DNA of 49,293 nt from Bigelowiella natans CCMP2755. Lineage: Eukaryota; Protista; Cercozoa. The notes beneath the pieces were generated by a model that worked only from the letters and a program-made list of their open reading frames with translations, ran no database searches and was not told the origin of the DNA. Each line of letters starts with the position of its first letter. Position 1 is the stretch's first letter. The position numbers and the translations under genes are program-made. Of the stretch, positions 21,930 through 32,945 are shown piece after piece. Where the stretch lies: positions 1 to 49,293 of the forward strand of contig ADNK01002381.1 in the NCBI GenBank assembly GCA_000320545.1, in the 5' to 3' direction.

Positions 21930-24821
21930 CTAGCGCTTCTTTTTCTGGTCGGAATTCATTAGTGTGTAATGCTTCATCAACTCTTCGAGATTGCTCACAG
22001 TTCCCATCGTCAAATTCCGCCTGCCAATGCTCATTGCCTTGTTTAAATTACGCTGCCGATGAGGCTGCTGCTGCTGTTGCTGCTGCTGTTTCTGTTCCAA
22101 TAAAAGCTCTATATGTGAAAACGCATCGCTTGGGCGCTTCTCTTTAATCCTCTCTGCCAATAAGGCTGACGACTTCGTCTCTGTTGGCATCGTAACCATC
22201 ACAAATCGTGCCATTCTTGCCAGGCAATCCTCCGGCGAAATGAAGCATTTTTCGTACGTGAGCTCCAGGACAGGGATGTGGAAGCGTCTCAACTGACCTC
22301 GGATATATCGCTGCCGCGACCTCTGTGCAGATATAGTCTGCATCATTTCATCCGGGCTTATTCTGTTGCTATCGGATGCTTGAACCCTACCTCCTTCGGC
22401 ACCTGCTCGTCGTGCCTTAACCCCACCCGAAAACCACTCATTGAGAAATAGATGGAACCGACTGCGCGCTCGAATGAAGATCACGCCCGTGTGTGTGCGT
22501 CGCAGCAGAGGGTATGTGTCAATCTCTTCCATCCCTGGTTGATATCGAACCTACAGGATGATGAAATTGGCAAAGGTGAGTACGACAAACAAGTAACCGC
22601 TGTTTTCAGCCGGTCAGGTTTTTTAGCTCGCTACTACTAATACTACTCCTCCTCCTGCTACTACTACTACTACTAATAATAATAATAATAATAACTCTGC
22701 CACACTATCTACCCGCATCTGCTGATGTCACTTCTTCAATGAACAACACAGCTACTACTACCACCACTACTATCACTAATTCAACTGCGAATCACCCATT
22801 GGAGGTGCTGGAACTGTACCCTCGCCTCCGTGTACAAAGGGCACTGACATGGCAGGAATCGGTTGTCCGCATGCAAAGCGAGCTCAAAGTAGCTCTCGAA
22901 AACCTCTCGTCGCGTGAGAGATGATGACAATGATGAGGAAGAGGAGACTGACGATAGATTAGGATCTTCTCCCTCGGCAGAACTCTCTTCTTTACTGTTA
23001 TGTCTATCGTGACGACGAGATTGGAGGAGTCTCTGGAAGTTGCAGAGCCTCTGTGCGTGAATTCGCATATGAGAGGGCCATTCTTCGCCTTTCTCCCAAA
23101 CACCAGGCATGTCATCCGATGCGCAGAAAGTGTTGTTGCTGCTGCTTCTATTGTGTGTGGAGATCTTACGCATCCAGTTCATAATGAAACTAAACGTGCA
23201 GCCTGAAACCAGCTGTGCCTCCGTGCTGCGGTGATCCTCTCCCTGGTGCAACACCGCTGGATTGGCGGCCGCGAGAGGGAAGGCTAGCCGAGTCCCAGAG
23301 GGTGCCCCCCCCCCGCGGGCACAGACGCCAGGGAGGTAGTCGAGCAGCTCGAACAACCAATCTGAATCCTTTAAGACCTCCGTGAAGAACATGAAAGATC
23401 TGGGGCTGGCAAGTCTTTGTAATTGCCAGGGCTGCTGATGGTGGTAATGACGATGGAGGCTGTCACCACCGCTATCCCTAGCATCGCTGTGTATTTGATT
23501 ATCAATTTTTGCCTCATCGCCATCATCGTCCTGACCAACGCGCAAGTCTCGCACACGATGGTACGGAAAATCGAGAACATTGAAGCTCCTCGGAGCGGAG
23601 AGGCCATTCTTCTTTTCCTTCTGCGTTGTTCGTTGGGTTCCTGCTGCGATGTCTCTGTCGCCTTCTTTCTCCACTTTCTTCCACGGCTTAGAGAGGCCAT
23701 CATAGTGCACCGCGAATGCAGAGGTAAGATCGCCCCACGCCATTCCGCTCTGCCTCCACTCCTCAAAGGTTACGAATCCAAGCCCATCGTGGATGGTCAA
23801 GCCTGTTCGTAGCTCCCAACAGCTTGTGTGCCCGAGTAGAGCAAGGATGGGAATGCCTAAGAATTTAAAAACACAAACAACAACGCATGATTCCAATGTG
23901 CATCAGCACTACACACGCAGGCACTACACACGCAGGCACTACATACCCACGCACATTTCTCGCTTCTTTCTCCAAAAGTCTCCCCCCTCTCTCTAGGCCC
24001 GTGTCCCCTCCCCTCCGCACTCTTAGTTTACTACCAAGGCCGTAGCTGAGCGAGGACTCCGGGAAGATCCGATACTTGTAGTTGGCCCGCATCCATTTCT
24101 CATATCGCCCTGTTAGATCAAGGAGTCTCCACGATGAGAGATCCATGAGCACCATGCCAAAGTTCCACTCATACTCCCTCTCTAACCTCAGCCGCCGCCC
24201 CCCGTTTATGGCGTGCGAGAGGTTCCTGAGAAGCGGCCAGAGGCCTGGATCCACGCATGCCAAGTCCGGCGAAAGAGGGGGGCATGCAGTCTCCTCTTCG
24301 GTGCGTCCAGTAAGGACCAGTGCGGGGGAGGAGGCGAGGGGCCGAAGCTGATTTCGCAGCTTGAAGATCATGCTACTCTTGTCGAATTCCCAAAGGTTGC
24401 ACGTGGCCAATAGTGCCCTGCCTCTTCCGTCTCCTCTCCCTCCCACCGCCCGCCCCCCCTGTTCCCAGGCTAGCTGCACGTCTCCTTGCACGACTACGTC
24501 GTCGTCAATGAAGAGGAGGCGCCGTTGACCGCGGAAGAGGGGGAGATGGGGGAGGTAAAACCGCAGATGATTGAGGGGGTTACTGTGCATGCTTTGCTTA
24601 TCCCAAGAAGCGCTCCTCGCAGTAAAGTATCTATTACTCTCATTAGAGGAGGAGAATGAGGAGGAGGGGAAGGGGGAGGGTGAGGGTCCAAACTCCTCTG
24701 CATCCCAAGTTCCGCTGTGGCCAAATTCTGCCCACTTCCAAACTGGCACGCGACCCACTGATAAAAATACAAAACGCTTACGTGTGCCACTATATGTATC
24801 AACACACACACACGCACGCAC

Positions 24822-24872
<51 letters not shown>

Positions 24873-25936
24873 TATTTATGGCGATTTCTTCTTCCAACCT
24901 TCTACGTGACACACCATTCGCCCATTCCTACGACATGGTCAAATAGTATATTACGTGTTGTGAGGGAGTCCACCGCTTCTTCAACGGTTACCACTCGAAT
25001 AGATCCTAGCCTCTTACGGATGTGCAACTGGTACAGCTCCCCGCCCTCCTCCTCAAGCCGTTTGAGAATCCGGCGTTCGGTGGTGATAAGTGTTACAGAG
25101 ATGAGAGAAGGGGTTGCGGAATGGAGGGAAATCGATCCTAATGTCCCCAGCAAACCCTCAACACGATCGGAAATAATGCAGATGCTGACAATATCATCTT
25201 CGTTGTTGTTCTCGAGTGCGTGCCCGCCGGTACCTCTGTCGCCGACCTTCATCGCCGCCATAGTGTTGGCTGCCGTTCTGTTTCTCAACTGGAGCGATTC
25301 GAAGCGGCGTGCATGAAAATAAAACTGGTCGGATAGCTCTTCCAGGGCGTCGACAATGCGCAAGATCTTAGCGTTAAAGTTAGTAAGTGTTGGGGGAAAC
25401 CATCGCGCAAGTTATCAGCAGATGTGAGAAGGAGAGCAAGAGGAGGAAGAGAACAAGGAAGAAGTGATTACCTGCGTCCGCACTTCAGGAGCTGGGATTG
25501 CTTTGAGAATATAATCATTTTTGTGAAGGGATAGAAGCTGCATTCCGCTGAGATTTCTGAGCCGTCGCAGCCACAAACGGCTTTTATCGCCCCGACTACC
25601 TTCTTTTCCCCTTCCGCCGCTGAGGGTGTCGCGAGGGGATAATGAGGGTGATGATGGAACTTGTAGGAACGATTTCACATCGCTTGCGAAGAATGAATGC
25701 ACCCTGGACGCGTTCCAAGAATGAACAGGGCTAGCAATGGCCACCACTGTTTGCTCCTCCGAAGAAGAAGCGCCTCCGCCTCCTCGGAAACGAAGGAGAC
25801 GTATTACCCCCCTTCCCCTTTCATTTTCGAACTCCCACTCAACGTCAAACCCAACCCTGCTTGCCTTCCCCACAGTCTCAGTGGCTAGGACAAGAACTAG
25901 CGCGAACATCCCGAGGAGATCATGCCCTGCTCGCAT
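21930..25936 (-). CDS. Secretory-pathway multidomain protein: signal peptide, SAM-like domain, GT8 (GAUT-like) glycosyltransferase, degenerate P-loop sulfotransferase-like domain (about 5 exons)
   Basis: Hydrophobic N-terminus LLGMFALVLVLA. SAM-like WNASRVHSFF...LSGMQLLSL...ILRIVDAL. GT8 motifs LNHLRFYLP, LLFIDDDVVVQGD, WNFGMVLMDLSSWR and VHYDGLSKPW. C-terminal FMFFTEVLKDSDWLFELLDYLPGV...VIFIRARS...LELTYEK resembles Stf0-type sulfotransferases. Confidence 0.8.
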
Positions 25937-26238
25937 CTTCTTCCTCGAGGAGGCAAGGGGTCGGGAAGCGACGTCGATGGAAGACTAATTTCCGAAGCCA
26001 AGGAATTGTTGTATGTGTTGTCTCTCTCTTAAAATATATAATAATTTTATCGGTATACTTTCTGCCATCATTTGTCTAATTTTTTAAGAGGAAAAGTGCG
26101 CCCGCTCAGCAATAGCCCGCCCCATCTGCGCACACTTTCCCGGTAGGCTAAATCTCACTCTCCCCGACACACCACCAATCCTGAATCTTAGTCTCCTTTC
26201 TGCCAGAGCCGTGTCAAACGCCTCAGTAAGAAGCAAAG

Positions 26239-27876
26239 ATGGACTATTCGATTCTGAAGAAGGACCTTGAGAAGGAGGGCAAGCTGGTGCCGGTGGAGGA
26301 GGGAAGTGCATCTTCATCGAAGGACCCATATAAGATTGTTGTTCCAGACACTGCGAGACTTAAGATTACGCAAGTCTCAGGTTCCACAGCGGGGGCAGGG
26401 AGCGGGGATTTCCATGTCTACAGGGCCACGCGAAGAAGGGAGCAATTTCGTGTCGCTGGCATTCTGAAACAAGCGAAGGAGCAGGAGGATTTTGAGGAAT
26501 TCATCAAGCGCAAAGAGCAGGCACACGCTGAGCAGATCGAGCGGACAGCCAAAAAGGCCTCCAAACGCAAAAGACGTAAGGAGGCGCGCAAGATGTGGCG
26601 GAAGAAGAGCAAGGGGCAGAAGCATAACACCTTTTCCAATGACGGCAACTTCCTTGAACTCTTCCAAAAACAGCAGGAGATGGCGATGATTACTCTTCCA
26701 GAAGACTTGCGGAAGGAGATCAAGGACGTCATATCGAAGACCAAAACGCCCTTCTCAGCTGAAGCAGCGAAGAAGAAAAATACGAGAAAGGGAGCTCGGA
26801 AAAAGCAGAACCAGTCAGACCAGGTCCTTGATGACGATACGATCGCTGCGAGGGCCCCGACCTTCGAGGGTGACGGAAAAGACGTCGTCTTGAGGATTGG
26901 ATCACCTGACGAGAAGATCAAGTGGATGTGCGCTGTGACGATGGAAGACGGAAAGATATTCGGTGCACGAAAATTTGAGGAGGGACAGGGAGGCGGGGAG
27001 GGCGCTGAGGGAGCACCCCCCTGCGTACGCTTCGAAAACGTCCCAATCGGAACGCGATTGGAAGGCTATGCATACAGCGGGGCGCACGGCCTCTGGAAAA
27101 CCTCCCCGTATGAAGTCAAAATCCAACGACAACACAAGCTCATCGAGGCTTCCGATGCGGAGGAACTGGCGCTGAGGCTCGGGTCCTTCCTGGAGAAACT
27201 CGCAAAAACCAGCATTAAAGAGCGGAAATCCTTCACCGTCGCCTTTGGAAAGGGGGTCGCCCCCCTCCTCCAACCGCTGAAAAAGTGCGCTGCCGATTCG
27301 ATCGGGCAGTGGCGCGTTTTCACGGCGGAAGAAACATTCAACGCCAATGGCGAGGGGTTAGTCGCAGCAGAAGTAAGAGCGAGCCTTGAGCCGTGGGGCG
27401 TCCAAGCGAATGGCTTGCACCTTGCAGCTGCAAGCGATCCAGATGTCGCAGCAGCATACGCGCAGACCATCAGCAAGAACGTAGACGGATTTGTGGATCC
27501 TGAGTTTGATCTCGTACTTATGTGCCTCCAAGATCACGATGACAGCAGTAGCAGCAGTAGCAGTGCCAGTCGCGGGGTATGCGGGCTCGGAGCCAACACC
27601 GAGGCGCTACGGAATCGTGATGTCTTGGTCACAACTACAACGCCATCAGCTGAACGCGATAGTAATGAAGGAGCGGGAGCCACTGGAATAACCGTCACAA
27701 TCCCTCTCTTGGATGCTGCAAGAAACCTCGCCATTTTTGCCCTAGGGAAGTCGCAGAAAAGCAGGGAAAATCTGAAGAGCCTTTTCGATGGCCCAGCGTC
27801 TGATGACCGACCGCTCAGCTGTCTCTCGGTCAAGCCAAAAATCACGTGGTTTGCTCTGGGGGGGGGGAGCTTGTAG
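26239..27876 (+). CDS. PRKRIP1: Intronless fusion: PRKRIP1-like (DUF1168) N-terminus plus 6-phosphogluconolactonase-like C-terminal domain
   Basis: VSGSTAGAGSGDFHVYRATRRRE followed by the TAKKASKRKRRK coiled-coil/basic tract is the PRKRIP1 signature. The C-terminus DAEELALRL...IKERKSFTVAFGKG...WRVFTAEE...AAAAYAQTI...PEFDLVLM...ITVTIPLLDAARNLAIFALGKSQK...P..V...ITWF follows the 6PGL fold order. Confidence 0.82.
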   Translation: MDYSILKKDLEKEGKLVPVEEGSASSSKDPYKIVVPDTARLKITQVSGSTAGAGSGDFHVYRATRRREQFRVAGILKQAKEQEDFEEFIKRKEQAHAEQIERTAKKASKRKRRKEARKMWRKKSKGQKHNTFSNDGNFLELFQKQQEMAMITLPEDLRKEIKDVISKTKTPFSAEAAKKKNTRKGARKKQNQSDQVLDDDTIAARAPTFEGDGKDVVLRIGSPDEKIKWMCAVTMEDGKIFGARKFEEGQGGGEGAEGAPPCVRFENVPIGTRLEGYAYSGAHGLWKTSPYEVKIQRQHKLIEASDAEELALRLGSFLEKLAKTSIKERKSFTVAFGKGVAPLLQPLKKCAADSIGQWRVFTAEETFNANGEGLVAAEVRASLEPWGVQANGLHLAAASDPDVAAAYAQTISKNVDGFVDPEFDLVLMCLQDHDDSSSSSSSASRGVCGLGANTEALRNRDVLVTTTTPSAERDSNEGAGATGITVTIPLLDAARNLAIFALGKSQKSRENLKSLFDGPASDDRPLSCLSVKPKITWFALGGGSL

Positions 27877-28793
27877 ACCGATCTTGCGAAGTGCGCTATG
27901 TGGACGACATTCTGCTGGTGCAACAATGCATTTGTGCGACTAACAAAGTTAATTGCTCCTTCTTCCAATCTGATATTTTTTGGAAAGGGGGACGTAGATG
28001 CAGCATGAAATGCACACGCCACAAAGTACCTATCTAGCTATGCGGGTATTGTTACGGATGAGTAGTATGCTTTCGAGCGCTGCTTCTCCAAATCATCCAA
28101 CCTTCTGGGGTTTGCGTAACATTGCACTGAAGCCGCTAAAAGTAGCCATAACCGACAGAAGGCCGTAGCCCTAGGATGTAGCAAATAAAGCACTTTCATT
28201 ACAGCTAGCTTATGTGGCCAGGTGCATGGCGCGCCACTATTGGAGATAATGCCGACTAATGAGCGACATAGCCTACTATACTACATGTGCTGCATGAGCT
28301 GCACGCTATATTGTTATATTGTTTAAAAACTACGGATCGTGTGAACGGATCACACGGCCAAGTCGGCCACACAGTAGCAGCAAAGAATCATGCACACTTA
28401 GTTTTTATACTGTACGTCGCACGGCGGAAGTGCGCAGCCCATTGCTAGCATTGCCTGGGAATATCGTGCTGCTTGCACTAGTGCATGACAATGCCAAAAA
28501 ATGCGCATGCATATAAATCATGTTCATAAAGAAACATATGTTGCACAATAATGTGTTGAACCATTATACTATGCTATGTGCGCGGGTACAGCTACTGTAA
28601 TATAATTCTAATCGCGCTCGCACAAGTCTTCATAATAATCTAGATAATAGCTTCATCTAAACACTGCACACTGCCCAAAGCACTGATTAGGGGCTTTTAT
28701 ACTTTGTAACAGTTTGTAGGTAAAAGTTTTACTCATAATATTGCAGCGAGACTACATGCGTGTTGCACCTTCGCATGCCTCATTTTCACTTCG

Positions 28794-31700
28794 CTATCTC
28801 TGCACTTCCTTTTCAATATGATTCTTCTTTTTCTTAGCCTTCTTCTTCTTCTTCTTCTTCTTCTTCTTCTTCTTCCCTTTCTTCTTAATGCTCCTCTCCC
28901 TCCTCCTGCTTCGCTTCGATCTTCGCTTCCCCCCCTCACGCCTACCACCATCCTCTCCAGGGACGGCACGACGTCCTGGTGATGAGTAATGCAGGTTGCC
29001 CTGCTTTCTCCTCTGAGCCCAGTCGGGGGCGGCAACAGGGCCGAGCGTCTTGGAGATGTCACCTACTTCGATCGCCACGCCGAGCGAGATGCCGACATTG
29101 CGCACAGCATGCTTCCAGCCGGAGGGAACGAATAGCACTTCTCCCGGATATTGTACGCAGGCTAGTGGCCTGTAATACTCCTCAAATGTAGCAGCGGCAG
29201 CAGCAGTGGTAGTGCTCCCGTTTGACGACGATACGAACCACAAATGGCGGTTCTGATCAAGCGCCGAGGTGGGCGGGAAGAGCAGCCAGCGCTTCTTTCC
29301 CCACACGAGCGCGTTGTACGCGTTCCAGTGCGCATGGAAACCGGTCGCCGAGCCGTCACTACCGATGTAAAAGAAGGCCATTCTGTCCCGCTCTCCCTTG
29401 CTGAACGAGAATTCCTCCGACTCGAATAGCTCCAGTTGAGTATATCTGGCGGTGGCAAATAAAGCAGATATGTATAATGAGGGAAATCCGGTAGCAGGCA
29501 GTAAGTAGTAGTAGTAGTAGTAGTAGTAGTAGAAGTAGGCACACTCACTATTACGCATCCCAAAACGTGTATGTGTATTTGTGTGTTTGTGTGTGTGTGC
29601 TATTACCCTTCCTCGATACCAGCGAGCTTGTCTCGGCTGAAATAGTAGTACGGCCCCCCATCATCCTCACCATCCCCATCATCCACGTTGTTACTATGCT
29701 TATCGTCGCCATTGCGAGCGTCACCACTGCTGCCACTACTGTTTCTGCCTTTGCGGGGTTTCGTGATCATTTGAACGAATTCGCGCAAAAGGACAGTCTT
29801 CCCCATCCGGCTGCTGCTACCACCTCCATGTGCTTCTTCTTCTTTCTGCTGCTGCTGTCCGCGTTGTTGGTATTTTCCATACCCCACAACTTCTTCCGAA
29901 GCCATGATTGTGATGGGAGAGTTCCCGTGTTTTTCCAGCAAGGCCTGTCGACGCCAGGATGTCTTAGCTGACCACCGTTTCTTCTCACTCCTTCGATGAT
30001 CTTTCTCCTCGCCCTCTTTGCCGAGACTGCCACCACCACCATCATCATTATTTTCATCATCATCATCATCATCATCATCGTCATGGATCAATCCGCGAAT
30101 GATAACTGGCTTTCCCTGCAAGGCGTAGCTATGCAATAGCTCGTCCTGGCTGAGGCCATCCCTCCGGTCTATGTCACATCGCTGTAAATCGTTCTGGCTA
30201 TTTCTACTACGACGATGAGGAGAGCCGCCGTCCTCCCCGCGGGCAGCATCGCCTCGCTCTTCCTGATTCCACCCCCCCCCATCTTGCGGCGCGCGACCGA
30301 GCTGCCCCTCTGGAACGTAATCCGAGCGTGGCTTGGGGCGCTCCCCCCTGCCGATCTGTCTGGCGAAGGGCCGCGGAAGGGCGACCGAGGCGAGGAAGAG
30401 CATCTTATCGCTGAGGAACTCAGAGGCCGCATCCGTCTCCGGGGGCTGTTCGACTCTCCGGTAGAGCTCAGTCGCGAGGGCATGGCGCCCCATCGTGTCC
30501 CATATCGACGCCTTGGCGGCCTGGAGCAGCATGTCGTCCTTGCCCGGGTCTGCAAAGTCTACGATTGCAATCAGCGCCTTCAGCCCCTTGCCGCCACGAT
30601 GTCCACTGCTTTCATCACCATCATTATTGTCACCGTCGTCGCCAGTATCGCCAGTATCGCCATTGCCACCATCGTCGTCGTTCAAGGTCATCTCTAGCCT
30701 AGAAACGACTCGCAGGATGTGCTCGCTTTGGGCTGCAATGGTAGGAATGAGCGACCGTATCAACGGCCGGAGGGTAGCCATGGTGCCAGTGTGGCGACGA
30801 TGGTACTGGTGATAGAGCGGATGGTGACGGTCGTTGTATTCGGAAGGAGGGGGCGCGGACATAATAGCGGTGCTAATACGATAAAGCATGCAAGCTCGGA
30901 GCTGCGTAGCCTCTTGCATATGACCCGCCATCTCAAGAGAGAGCGTGTACCAATTGAGCAGCCAGAGGCATTTCTCTGGGCCATTATTGCCTGAACCCAC
31001 CCCCCTCTCGCCGCCATGATCCACGCACTTATTATTTCTTTGGCATCCTCTCGTTTTTACCACTGGCGACAGAAACGACACGGCCTTCTCAAACTCACCT
31101 CTCGTGTAGTGAGCTACCCCAAGCTTTTCGTTGAGCTCGGGCACCTGCGGATAGCGGAGGGAGAGATTTGCAAGCACAGGGAATGAAAATTCTTCCTCGC
31201 CTCGAAAATTCGCGATGTAACGCTTCACGCAGATCTCAGACATCAGAGGAGTGGCGCTCTCAATCGAATCCTCTGGTCTCGTATCGATGACCACCTGCCG
31301 TATCACATTCTTTCTCAAGATCAATACTTTCAATCGATCTTTTATACGAAGTTTTTGCACCATTCGTTATGCTCTCTTAAACCAATTCCATTCCTACTGC
31401 CCCCCCCCCCCCCCTCTATGGGAAAAACGTTCTCGTCTCGTATAGTTCTAGCGTCATAAATTCAAACGATATAGTTATTTCATTGGTTGGAAACTACCCT
31501 ATTTGCTTCTTTCTGGCTGCTTACGACATGGGATCTTAAGATAATCGAAAAATGTCAACTTTAGGAACACATGAGGGGATTAGATACGAAGTTCCGACCT
31601 CCATGAGCGACCTTTCTCGTCACGAATCTCGAAACAGTGATCAGGATATGTGTGAAATCGGGCAACCTTGATGTTGCCACACAAAGTTGATTATGATGAG

Positions 31701-32178
31701 AATAATGATGATGACGATGGTATAATGACAAAATGACATTGTTGGTGATTGTATTTAATGGCTCATGACATATCCAACTGGTGCTTAGGTATACCTTCTT
31801 CGGGCCCACCGTATCGATTTGAATCTGAGAGATTATTTGACGAATAACTTCTTCGGAAAAGTCCTTTCAAAAGTTATTTTTCTTTTAAATACTTCTCGCT
31901 CTGGAGTCCAGTAGTAAACTCCAATATTTTCGTCCGATGCATTTTCAACGTAGAGCGACATCTGAGATACGACGTATGAGAGTTTAATAACGCCACGAAA
32001 TACTTCCGGAATTGCAAGGACTCGACATCGCGTTGGTGGCTGTTTCGACCTGCTCGTCGTCATCGATCAAACATGAGTCATCGTTGGATCTGCACTCTTC
32101 TGTGCCCTTGGATCCCAGAACCACAACAGCAACCACCAGCAGAACATAAAGTTGGCTCGCCAAGCCACGAGGAATCAT
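28794..32178 (-). CDS. Signal-peptide, TPR-like and JmjC (JMJD8-like cupin) oxygenase with Lys-rich C-terminal tail (multi-exon)
   Basis: MIPRGLASQLYVLLVVAVVVLG signal; TPR-like LNEKLGVAHYTRGEFEKAVSFL; CDIDRRDGLSQDELLHSYALQGKPVIIRG; JmjC FYIGSDGSATGFHAHWNAYNALVWGKKRWLLFPP and CVQYPGEVLFVPSGWKHAVRN (H-x-H...H ligands). Joining of the 5' exons (31400-32060) is partly unresolved. Confidence 0.8.
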
Positions 32179-32945
32179 CGAGGCGATCAAGGCGTAACTT
32201 GATGTCAATGCACAAGGTTTCGGCCGCTGTAAAAAACGCGACGGGAATTTCCTAGCCTGTCGATATCGATGTCGGTACTGATACTGATGCCAATGCCGAA
32301 GCTAGGGCGCCCCCTACTTCCCCGCATCACCAGATAGACGAACGAACCCTGCAGGGGGATTCGAATCTCTGCGATCAAAATGCTCCTGAATTTTTCATAG
32401 TGCGACTGCAGTAAAACTATGTCGTAGGTATTGCATTTTAGGGGTTTTCCCTCTTCTGAAGCTTCCGTCGGTGTCGCGTATTGTTTGCTGTTTTCCCCTG
32501 AAATCGTCCCGCGAAAGGCGTTACCGCGTCGTAGTCGTAGTAAAGAATTCATCTTCTACGTGAAAGCGTTTGATTTCATGTCCTACGACAAAGAATAGGT
32601 GCTTGTTCATTAATATTCGCATGGTGGGCGGAAAAAAACTTAAATCTCAGTCGCTTCCGACTTTCAACCAAAGAAAGGCAGGGGATGTGATGGAGATTTT
32701 GGTAAAATTATGCGATTATTGATTGACGTAGGCAAAATAAACAATGCATTTCGGACTTGCTCTAGGTTTCACAAGATAGTAGATATTACTAAAAAGCTTG
32801 GTGTATCATTCTGTGTACGCTCTACTTCACCCCATATCGAGAAGGCTAGCAATCAGGTGATGGGCTAGTTCTAGCTTATCTTACTGGAGTATTTCTAAAC
32901 AGTTGCTGTTGGACAAATAGGGAGGATGTCTGTTCGATGTGATAG

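Noticed and set aside
26377-28022. Long antisense ORFs over the PRKRIP1/6PGL gene (also over the JmjC, TLC and 7TM genes)
   Set aside because: They are shadow ORFs of GC-rich coding exons with no motifs.
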